From Bugula neritina (lineage: Eukaryota > Animalia > Bryozoa), in contig OZ037766.1 of assembly GCA_964035545.1 (NCBI GenBank), positions 4,764,722-4,828,721 on the forward strand: a DNA stretch of 64,000 nt, read 5' to 3'. The notes beneath the pieces were generated by a model, which was given only the letters and a program-made list of their open reading frames with translations, was not told the DNA's origin and ran no database searches. Positions 14,001-24,663 of this stretch are shown piece by piece; position 1 is the stretch's first letter, and the number at the start of each line of letters is the position of its first letter. The position numbers were made by a program, and so were the translations under genes.

Positions 14001-15849
14001 AAGTTTCAATAAACTGCTGAAAAACTAATAGCATTTAAGATGGTTCTTTGTTAGAAATATTTATACTTCAACATTTCTAGCAGAGCTTACAGAGTTCACT
14101 CACCACACGGAGGTTGCCAAGCCACTGCCAAAATCCAGCACATTCTGAGGTCTAAATTCAGGGTCAATGGCTGATATCTGTAACCATAGAAACATACACA
14201 ATGAATTCTAAACAATATAAAAAAATAAAATCTTTTTTCAAGTTTTAATACTACAAATTAAACAATTTGACAACAGAATCAAAGTTTAACCTACAGCTAC
14301 TGGAAGTCTATAGAAATTATAACTTCAGGAACACCTTAGACATCAGATGGGTTTAAATTCTATTAACTGCAAGCACTTTCAAACAGCAGAACTGGTACCT
14401 CTGACATGATGCTGTACCACACAGCATAGTTGGAGAGAAGATGACTACTCATGTACACCACACTTAGGTAGGCATCCAAATGCAGTGGCCTCCAATTATA
14501 TATTGACTTCTTCATTTGCTGCAGGGCTATCTTGCGTATACCAGCCATTTCCTGAACAGAAGTAGTAATGAGTCATTACAGACTAAAAGTTTTCGTATTA
14601 TTGCAGAATAGAGAACAGAATACTAAACAAATCTTCATTTTTTGGACATGAATTTATTGAAATTTGCGGATTGATTTCTACAAAATTTCTCACTACCAAA
14701 CATGAAATAAATTGCATTTTTTGAAATTCCTATTCTCCTCCCTTTCATAGCAGACACTATTCAAGTATTCATGTTTGAACTGACAGATGAAAGCCAGATC
14801 CTGTGGAGCAAAGACGTGGATGCTGACAGCACTCTCTGGTATGAGATTTTTAGCATCTGATCTGGAGATGTAGATATTAATGCTTGTTACATGTTATTTG
14901 CCAAATATTATATTTAACTTACAAGCCCCATGCTAAAAGCCACCCAGACTACTAATGTGCAAACCATTGGACTTATGAAGCAATACAACTAACATTTAGA
15001 TCATACCTTCTCTATTTCCTCCTCATTCAAAAGCTCACTACTAGTTTGTTGAAGCTTTGCGGAGGTCAGCTTATATTCCAGCTCTTGGCCGATTTTCTTC
15101 ATTTCATCTTGCTCCAAAGGCACACGCTTGTTCCACAGATGGCGGCGCATCTTCTTGGCTTCTGCTAGCACGTTATTGATTGGATACTCTAAAAGTGTAA
15201 GAACCAATGAAAAGGATTGGTACACATATAGCACATGTTTAGAAATATCCCTTACAAAAAAATCTTTACATTAAATAGTGAACAGTAGAAATAGCAGTAT
15301 GTGTAGTTTTCTGTTCTCAGCAATAAAACAAACTGATTAATAGGATTTTGTTGGAGTTGTGCTGTCCTACAAAGCACGTGCAGTAGCCTTGTATTATATA
15401 CAATTTCATTTAAAATCTGAGCAATAGCAAAAACACTTGAAAATAATAATCCTATTTTTGTATTCAAAAACACTCTAAAAATGCTAGTTTTGATTCAAAT
15501 ATATTTAATCTAAATAAAAAATTTGTGTAAAATATCACTATATATTTGAAAATGCTTAAGACGGTTAGTTTGATTAATACAAGTTAACTAATAAATAAAT
15601 TTGCCTAGAGACATGTACAATCTATATATAATCACACTTATGACTCATCTACAGTACTTAAAATTGAAACTAACGTTCGAACAAAGTCCGGGCAGCATCA
15701 ATAAACTTCTTTGGGGGCACGACATCTTTACGGAGTCCAGCCCCGGGATAGGCTGCATATTTGTTGCGAGGGTGCAGCTGCTGCATAATATCTCTATATT
15801 TCTCTATGAAATCTGTGGACGCTGGCATTCTAATGACCTTGTTAGTTGC
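11042..15849 (-). CDS. METTL17: Mitochondrial small-subunit assembly factor METTL17/Rsm22; 5' exon(s) not resolved
   Basis: Exons include YPGAG..PKKFIDAA, HLWNKRVPLE, PQNVLDFGSGLATSVW, LVLSGHTLLELP..LILVEIGTPYGH..IEEAR, GHVFAP / CPHEKPCP..C, YCYVVLKKG..PRC..CQLCFPDG and NLVRLAKRSVLG, ending at TGA 11042. The Fe-S cluster cysteine motif appears retained. Confidence 0.88.
13832..13872. repeat. Perfect 16-bp inverted repeat (hairpin) in a METTL17 intron
   Basis: tacatggactatatag (13832-13847), a 9-nt loop, then ctatatagtccatgta (13857-13872), next to a TATA-rich simple repeat. Confidence 0.8.
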
Positions 15850-17314
15850 CTGAATTACAATCACCAGATGGTTATAGTAAACAAAATTCCTAGCATAAAA
15901 ATATGACTTTTAAAAAAGCAACAAATACACTATTATCAATATAGATACTGTGATTATACTAGCAAAGCTAAAAGTGTATTGTATATCAAATAAATGACAT
16001 AGTTTAATTAGCATACATATGAAATGTGAGTAAAGGTCATTCCATGTTTGTTTGTTGTAAAGCAGAACATACGGTGAAATTATAATGGTCCCCTTTAACC
16101 GCTGTGGTTTAATTATAATAATATACGTAAAAAAGTCTGCAAGTCTTGTATGAAGTTAAAACAAATCCTATGAAAGGGATAGGATTTCAGCTTTTATTTC
16201 ATATAAAATACTCTGTAAGTGTCCTGGGTTCTGAGTCAACCAGAAGAGTTACGATTAGAAATTAGTTCTTGTAGCTCTTACATGGGTTCGTTGACTCAAC
16301 ATCCGCCTCACATCTGATCTGAACTTGAATAGCTTAGTTTGCCAGTTTATCATTTTGGAACACAGCTGAAACCTTTGAAGAAGAAGCAGTTGGCTAAAGT
16401 CTTTTTTTAAATTAATTTATTCTTTATATTTCAGCTGAGTACAACCATATCTTTAACCTCTAACTACGTCCTCGTGTCACTAGAAAGCTGAAGACTGACT
16501 GATGTTTGAACGCTGTACGAATGTACTCTACAATGAGGACAAAGATATCTATAAAAATGTTACATTAAGGTACCTTAGAAAACGATATAAAAAGTTTCAG
16601 AGGCAAAACATCTTCAAACCATTCACAGAATAGCTTACAATTTGTTTCACTAGTCCAAAATATTTTGGCTAGCTACTAAAATTAGCTGATGAGCTATAGA
16701 TATACTCTTTATGTGCAGATGATGTTTAAATATATTTGACTACTTTAAAATTTGAAATTGAATGAATATAATGTAGACTAGTTTAAAAAAAATATACTAT
16801 ATTATATTATTTCAAAAAAATTAGGCATCTTATGGATAATGACTTCAGTAAACTTTTAGAGCAATGTTTTCAATGAGTCATATTATGCATATGGCTTCAG
16901 TTATTTACCTATGCATGGCTTCAGTTAGACACCTATGCACATGGATCCACATGAATTCAAACTAAATGCAGTTTAGTATCAAAATCATGAATTTTTCAGT
17001 TCTTAATGTTTTTAAATAGAGTCGTCTAAATGAAAGTCGTCTATCTGAACTGAAACCGTACTACTACTAGTAGCAGTTCAATGAAAACTGAAATAAGCCT
17101 AAGCTTAGGGTTTTTCCAGAGCTTAGCCTGGCACAATGCAAATTGAAATTGAAATTGAAATACCAAATTTAAATTATAATAATAAAAATAAAAAACTTTA
17201 AATTCAAATTTAATTAATCGTCATCATAATGTCATAATGATTATCATTAATTTAATTTTAGGAATTAATATTATACTAATACATTATATTTATAGTTATA
17301 GTAATAAGTAGACT

Positions 17315-17523
17315 AGGACGCAGCCGTGGTCTAAGGGTTAGAGCGTTTGCCTAGTAGTAAGCACGAAGTCATGGGTTCGAGCGTGGACAAAGGCCATTGG
17401 TGATGTTAGGAAGAGCATCCAGTCATAATTGCTCCCTTGCCCCATCTGAATAAGTCCTTAGCCTGATTCAACAAAAACCTCTTTCATCAGGGTTTTCTCA
17501 CAGGGATGGCGTGAGTAATAACT
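17315..17523 (+). mobile_element. tRNA-derived SINE with 11-bp target-site duplication
   Basis: A-box TGGTCTAAGGG at 17327-17337 and B-box GGTTCGAGC at 17374-17382. Flanked by ATAAGTAGACT at 17304-17314 and 17524-17534. A related head occurs at 41282-41338 on the minus strand. Confidence 0.8.
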
Positions 17524-18399
17524 ATAAGTAGACTGCAGAGGCAGATCCAAATGTCAATAAATATAATTAATAAAATTACTATCAGATTAAAATAATCACG
17601 TAATTAGTTTTAAATGGCCTCTGGAAAAAGATTAAGAATAAAGTCTAAAAGTAAAAGTAAAAGTGCACCTAAAAGTAAAAGACTAAAACTGTAAGTGTAA
17701 GAGTAAGAGTAAGTGTAGCTGCAGGAGTGTCAATCTTCAAGTTTTACTGAAAGTTTTAGTCTCTGCAACTGCAACACTAAAAGTAACACCAACTGTGAGG
17801 CGCATACACGGTACACTTTAAAGCTGACTTCACACTTTACAGTTACTGTCAGTGTCACTGTCACACTCACTGTCAGTGTGAGTGTCCATCACAGTCACTG
17901 AGTCACTGTCAGTTTGAGTCAATAACTATAAGATTAACTCTTTTGGCTTTTACTTACAGTGACGTTCACTTCTTTTTTGCCCGAGCATATTATTCAAAGT
18001 GGAGTAGTGCCTATTATACTCTTATTAAATACTAGCTATTATTACTATTAGCTATTATTCCTGTATTTTTGCTTACAATTATAATTATTATATCACTCCG
18101 AAAAAAGCAACAGCATGAGATTGAGTTAAGCTGGGTTTGTAAACAGCACGCAAGACAATATGTATATAGACTTACATGTAGAACTGTATTGTGCATCCAA
18201 TATTTACCTATCTAATTCATTTTCAATTTGGAGTTGTCTATTTTTACTGTGAAGCAATAACTCTGTAGTTCTTGTCATGCGAAAATGCAGATCTGCAACA
18301 TTTTTTCAGATTGCAAGGTGCTGTTTAAATTGGTTATTATATCATTTATGTTTATGAGCAATGAATGAGTTTGAGCACAAATTTTCATGTAGGTTGTAT

Positions 18400-18705
18400 T
18401 GTTATAGTTTTCAGATTTAGGGTTGATGTGCTATCCAGAGAGTCTATTTATCTAGTATAGAACTGCACCAGGCTAAGTCGAGTGAACGAGTATATTTTAT
18501 ACACAACTATACATTACAAAAACACGATACATTATTTCCAACAAGTTACACATCTAATCTATTTCATACTCTAGCTTCGACTGAGTTAGCAGCGGGAAAC
18601 TACAATTGCTGCTAACTATCAACTACGCTAATTGGCTATCCATTGTTCCGGGTCAATTACGCGACCCTACATGTTGTGCTGCTGGTAGTTCCACGAACCA
18701 CCACA
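18400..18705 (-). repeat. 3' LTR (306 bp)
   Basis: Direct repeat of 25597-25902. On the minus strand it is preceded by the purine-rich tract GGTGGGGGCGG. Confidence 0.96.
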
Positions 18706-18716
18706 CCGCCCCCACC
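18706..18716 (-). promoter_or_regulatory. Polypurine tract (plus-strand primer)
   Basis: GGTGGGGGCGG immediately 5' of the 3' LTR on the element strand. Confidence 0.75.
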
Positions 18717-18990
18717 AGCAGAAAGCCATCTTTCTGATATATATAAAAAAAACATTCAATAGTAATTGTATACATCAGTGGACAAAATAATACATAATAT
18801 ACAGGAAGAGACATAATAATAGACAGAGTCATGGTAACGATCCGTTGCATACAATTGGCCAGCTGTAGATAGACGAGGAATACTAGCTAGCTGTGGTAGT
18901 AGACAAGGATTAACCTGTCTAGCAGTTAAGCATTTGCACGAGTTTGGTTCCTCACCAAATGTGGAGTTGCGGAGTATTCTGGGTAGCATA

Positions 18991-19778
18991 CTAGAGTCCT
19001 TGTTGGGCACGCCGGTGCTTGGCTTGGCATGTACGCAGTTTCCGTTTCATACGGCATACGGATCCCTTCAGCTGGAAGAGTCCTGTGGTAGTGTTAAGTA
19101 GATCTGGTGCCAGCTGGGTGAACTCTTCTTGTAGTCGTAGGAGGCGTTCTTCTACTGTAGCTAGTCGTACTGGGTCTGGGGACGGTGTCCGTCTGCGGCG
19201 TAAGGGTGGACTGGGGGACCTGGTCCGTCTCTTCGCCGGGGTAGGGGAGATCTCTCCTTCTTCTGGATATGTAGTTTCCTCGGGGGTGTATGTAATTGGA
19301 GGGCGGTCAGACACCAACGGAGATTGTTGTCGGGCGTTGTCTAACACACGTTGGAACCCCGAGGATAGAACTGCTAATAGCATGGCCTTCTTTACCAGAG
19401 GTCGTATATATGTGAGGAACTCCGGGTACAGCTTAGCGTCGACCACATAGTTTTCTCCAGGGAAACAGCCCGCCGCTCTGTGTCTGGTGACGGGGTAGGG
19501 ATACACATCATTGTACCCGCAGGGGCAGAAGGTCAGTAGGAGATGAGCATTGACGTGTAGTTTAAGGGAGCGGTGAGAGGCGCAATCTTCACCACAGATC
19601 TGGCATCTCGTCCGTCCTCTGGACCCCCAGGCTGTTTCTATTTCTTCTTCGGTTTGTGGGGACACCCACCGCCAACGGCGGCGTAGTGGCTCAGGCCGGT
19701 CACCACTAGCATAGTCCTCCGGATACGGAGCGGGAAGTGTTCTATCCCGTACCCTGGTTGTAGCGGGTCGAGTGTAAT
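18991..19778 (-). CDS. Retrotransposon ORF3, exon 2 of a predicted spliced 276-aa protein: two zinc fingers, an Arg/Ser-Pro basic tract and a coiled coil
   Basis: Intact frame with CQIC-x12-HVNAH and CPC-x12-H-x4-C. Preceded by TACTAAC (19798-19804) and TTTTTCAG (acceptor 19779-19780). A phase-matched donor lies in gag at 25523/25522. Confidence 0.75.
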
Positions 19779-20091
19779 CTGAAAAAGTTTCAACAGTGTT
19801 AGTACAGTACACTGCTGTGTTGTCAGCTTGAACAGCTTGGCAACTCCTAATTCAGTTACCTCGTAGAGATTAATGATAGTGAATAGTCAGATAGAACCGT
19901 ATTGCAATGAGATTATAAAAATCTCTAAGTCAAACTGAGTTCTTACTACGGTATTTCACTAACCTATCTCCAGCTCGATTGACTCAGTGAGTCAGAGCTG
20001 AGCGATGCAATCTAGTTTCGTATTAAGATATAGTTAACTCACCCCACGATCTGTTGTCGTAAGACATACTGAATATGTGAAATGGTTTGAA

Positions 20092-23000
20092 CTACTGCTT
20101 AGAAACACGTCTACTCTTGACTGCATCAGCGTATGAAAAGATCGAGCAACGTGGTTGGGGTGCGTGATTAAGACTTTGTGCACCCGGCGGATGAATTTTA
20201 TTTCTATTTCCGCCGATGTAAAAGTTGATATTTCCGTGGTGTTGACAACTCCCACATTTGCTCGATTCTTTTCTCGTACGGCTTTCCCCTAGACTTTCAT
20301 GCGTGCCGCTTTTAACGCAGTCACATACGAAGTCCTTCAAGTATGCGGGGGGTTGCCTCGTACGCTGTCCCCTTTCTAGGGGGGGTGGCACGCTTGCCGG
20401 TTCGTTAGTAGGGGCCTCTAATGGCGTCTCTACTTCACCGTCAGCAGTCACCTCTTCTTGTTCTCCGGATGGAGCCCCTCCCTCCGTGGGGGTTTGCACT
20501 TCCGGAACCGGCTCGGTTTCTGGAAGTGATGGAATTAGACTTGGCGGTGGCGGACACGCTTCTGTTGGTAGAAGCTGCCGCTCCTCTCTCACCAAGTTTT
20601 CTTCCCGCGGTATGACCACTTCGTATTCAGGTCCATGCCGCCGTCGCCCGCGCGTTGTTGTCTGCCTCCTGGGCTCTAACAACGGGGGGGCTTCTCCCAC
20701 TCCGCCGGGGCTAGCCCAATACGGTTTCAAGCGAGACTCATTCTGGATAGATACCTGTCCTGAGCGCTCGATCTTGTACGTATGATTGGGCATAGCCTCG
20801 ACGACCACGTAGGGGCCTACGAACTTAGGCTTCAGCTTATTAGCCTGTCCGCGGCGCCTACGGTAATTGACCATCCACACCTTATCTCCCCTTTGATAGA
20901 GAGGGGGTTCATCGGAATCTTCGTGCCGCACCTTCCACTGCTGTTGACGCAGTATTTCGTGTGCGGCCTTCATCCGTTCCACTAGTTCACTGGCATACTC
21001 ATGGACTGAGTTATCCTGCTCTGGAACGTGATAGGTGAGATGGTCAGGGACACGAGTCTCCCTCCCGAGCATCAAGAGGTTTGGGGTCTCACCAGTACTG
21101 GTGTGTGGGGTGCTACGGTATGCACGCATGACTTGCGGCAACACCGTATCCCATTCCTCTTGACCTCGTCCAAGGAGGAGACTCCGGAGCGCATCACCTA
21201 GCATCCGGTTGTTGCGCTCCACCACCCCGTTACCTTGAGGGTGGTAGGGGGTGGTCCTGCTCTGATTTACTCCCCAGAGGTGGCAAAGGTCGCTCATCAG
21301 TTGAGACTGGAATTGAGCGCCTTGATCAGAGTGTATCTGTTCGGGAAGCCCAAAATAACAGAATACATGTTGGTCTAGTGCCCTGGCCACTGTTGGGGCT
21401 GATGCATCTGGGATAGCCAGAGCATCCGCCCACCTAGTAAAGTGGTCGGTTAGTACTAGAATCCAATTATTGCCTCTGGGGGTCAGGGGCATGGGTCCGA
21501 CCAGGTCTACAGCGACTACTTGCCAGGGCCTACCAGCATATAGCCTCCGCCGTCCTGTTTCACCAGGGGGGCGGCTATGCTTACTGGCCTGGCAGATCTC
21601 ACACTGTTTGACTCTGAGCCGGACGTCACGCTCCATCTGCGGCCAATACCACCGGAGTCGTAATTTGGACATCACTCGCTTGACCCCTGCGTGGGCCTGC
21701 TTGTGAGTATCCCAAATCAACTCACGGCGGATGGCTGTGGGACAGACTACCCTCTTCCTTTCCGGGTGTCTGCCGCTGGCAGCTAGAGAGATGGTTAGCA
21801 ACCCATCCTGCCCGATCCGCAGCGAGTCCCAACGCTGACAGTATAGCCGGAACTCGGCGCATCCCTGTCGTATGCGTTCCTCGCTGGGTCGTCGCCCTTC
21901 CCGTTTGGCCCGGTATATGTCTGCCACGACTCCAGGCAGCTCTTCTTGGAGCTTCTTCAGCTCTCGAACATTACCGGCCAATACAGGGTTGGCGCGGAGG
22001 TTTTGTATATCCTCCGGGGACTCATCAACTCTTTGTTTGAGTTGACCTTGATCCCAGTCAAACGGTGCTCCGTGATGAGCCAGCGTCTCCAACTCGCATC
22101 GCGGGGGACCTCCATCCCTCCTCTCGATGTTGAGACACTGTTTGCAACCTCCGTCAGGTCGGCGATTCAACCCATCCGCATTGCTGTGTCTCTTGCCCGG
22201 TCGATGTTCGATCCGGTATGAGAATTCAGCTAGGATTTCGAGCCACCGGGCGACCTGACTAGAGGGCTCTGCTCTCCTGCACAGCCAGATCAGCGAGGCA
22301 TGATCCGTACGCAGCCGGAACTTCCTGCCATATAGGTATGGTCTGAAGTGCTTCACTGACTTGATTACTGCCAGCAGCTCCTTGCGGGTAGTGCAGTAAT
22401 TTCGTTCAGCGGGAGAGAGAGACTTGCTGTAGTAGGCTACTACTACCTCTCGGCCTTCCTGCACTTGTGACAGCACAGCGCCAACATTCTGGTCACTGGC
22501 GTCCGTGTCAAGGATGTACTCCAGAGTGGGGTCTGGGTAGGCCAAGACGGGCGCCGTTAGTAGGCAGCCCTTGAGGCGGTCGAACGCTTCTTGTTCGACT
22601 GGAGTCTACTGCCACGTCACTCCCTTTGCGGTGAGCCGGTTTAACGGCTGGGCTATGCCCGCAAAGTCTGGTATGTATTGCCTGTAATACCCTACCAGCC
22701 CCAAGAAAGCCCGGAGTCCGGTCAAGTCTTGGGGGGTGACCCAGTCTTCTACTGCCCGTACCTTTTCGGGATCCGTTGCCACGCCGTTTCGGCCGACAAC
22801 GTGCCCCAGGTACTTGACCTCCGGCTGCAATAGAGCGCACTTGGAAGGTTTGAGCTTAAGACCGGCACCTCGGAGTCTCTCGAAAACCTCCTGCAGACGA
22901 CTGACATGTGTCTCGAAGTCTGGAGAGATTACGATGACATCATCGAGGTAGACCAGCAGTGTCTTCCAATGGAGTCCGCTAAGGACTTGTTCCATCAGCC

Positions 23001-24663
23001 TCTGGAAGGTGGCTGGGGCGGAGGTTAACCCGAAGGGCAGCACCTTCCACTTCCACAAACCGTCCCGTGTGATAAACGCCGCTTTCTCTTGGGCGTCGGG
23101 ACTCAGAGGAACCTGCCAATAGCCGCTTAGCAAGTCTAACGTACTGAAGTACTTGCTGCCGGCTAGGGCGTCCAATGACTCGTCAATACGAGGTAGAGGG
23201 TAGGCGTCCTGTATGGTTACGCTATTGAGTTTGCGGTAGTCCACACAGAACCGCCAACTGCCGTCTTTCTTCCGGACCAGTACGACTGGCGAGCTCCACG
23301 CACTATGGGCGGGCTCTATCAGTCCCCGGTCCAGAAGATCCCGTACTTGTCGGCTAACCTCCTTCTCTTTCTCCGGCCCCAGCCTGCGCGTGGGCTGCCG
23401 GACAGGGACTGTCCCTGCAGTCAGCGGTATTTCGTGTCTGACAATTCCAGTCAGTCCCACGTCATGCTCTCCGCTGCTGAACACATCACCGTAGTCGCGT
23501 AGTAACTTAGCCATAGCTTGGCGTTCCCTGTTACTCGCGCAGCCGCCACTGGCTGTTTCATATAACTCCCGGAGATGTGTTGGGACTGCTCCTCGTCCCT
23601 GAATAGGGTGTCGAGGGAGTGCCTCTGTCGCATCATCCAGCGACGGGCCTACGTCTCCCTCCTGAACAGAGTGAAAACGGCCCAGCATCGACCCAGCCGG
23701 GAGCTTGATAGGCTCGGTAAAGGGGTTGACGCACTGCACTAAGATCTCCCCTTGCTCAGTCAGCTGATTCAGACTGCTGGCAAGTTGGATCTTTTCGTGC
23801 GCGCCTTCAACCACCCCGAGTCCAGAGATCCGGCTACTATTCACCCTGCAGTGAATGGTAGCCCGGGAGCGGCCTGGTATGGTACGGTTGCGTACCACTT
23901 GCACACCTCCCACTAAAGGGCAGCCGAACTTGTCGACGCAGGCGAGTTCCCGCCCGGACATCATCATTGCAGATCTGCTAAAATCTATGTGACATCCGTG
24001 CCGTTTAAGGAACGGCATCCCGAGGATAGCATCCTCCTTGAGCTGACTGACGATGAACGTCTCTTGGATCGTTTGATCGCGGACTCGTCCCGTCAGCTCA
24101 ATTATACCATAGAAGGGAAGGCACGACCCGTCAGCTAGGGTGCCGTATTCCCCTTCGTATGCTTCCATCTCGCCCCTGACCCTAGCACTGAGGGTGTCGA
24201 AGAGTTGGCAGCTTAAGAGGTTTGTGGTACAGCCCGAATCAATGAGAAAAGTAACAGCTTTGCCTTCCAGTTTACCGGGCAAGAAATAGCTGTTCCCATG
24301 GGGCTGCACCTGAACTCTCCCTTCAGGCCTTACTCTCGCAGGGAGTACCTCCCTCGCTTTGGGTCGCGAAGGAGGTCTCTTGGGGCGGTGATAGGTAGGC
24401 CTCGGGGGCGCCGAGGCTAGATTCTCAGCTACCTTTGTATGCTCCCATCCAGATTCTTGGACTTGTAGCCCTGTGAATCTGTTGTGAAGGGGCATAGAAA
24501 AGGCAGCCGCGGGGCGAAGCCCCTTGCTGGTCCGTCGTGGCTGTTGCCACTGTTGGTTGCCAGTACGCGGTACCCGTCTGGGTGACCTGCGTTTCTTCTT
24601 CCCTAGAGGTTTCATCGTCGGCCCGCGGAAGGTGGGAACATCTGCGGGCCGCGGTAGTTTAAC
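20092..24663 (-). pseudogene. pol: Pol (protease-RT-RNase H-integrase) in the -1 frame relative to gag, interrupted by one in-frame TAG at 22606-22608
   Basis: Motifs FLIDSG (PR), WRFCVDYRKLN and YLDD (RT), DTDAS (RH), H..H/CEIC plus DLVGP/HSDQG/VVERN (IN), and RTRQPPAYLKDF. ORFs 22606-24723 and 20092-22545 are in the same frame, separated by TAG-TPVEQEAFDRLKGCLLTAPV. Confidence 0.92.

Noticed and set aside
17315-17400. Possible tRNA gene
   Set aside because: The cloverleaf does not close (no acceptor stem), and the sequence continues into a body flanked by a TSD, so it is called a SINE.
16000-18250. Candidate first exons of METTL17 (e.g. MHNTVLH|gtaag near 18175-18196, or exon-like segments at 16070-16150 and 16430-16550)
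   Set aside because: Several candidates, none giving a convincing mitochondrial presequence; left unresolved.
18991-19812. ORF3 as an envelope gene, or initiation at GTG 19812
   Set aside because: It has no signal peptide, cleavage site or TM anchor. The first codons coincide with branch-point and polypyrimidine signals, which favours splicing.
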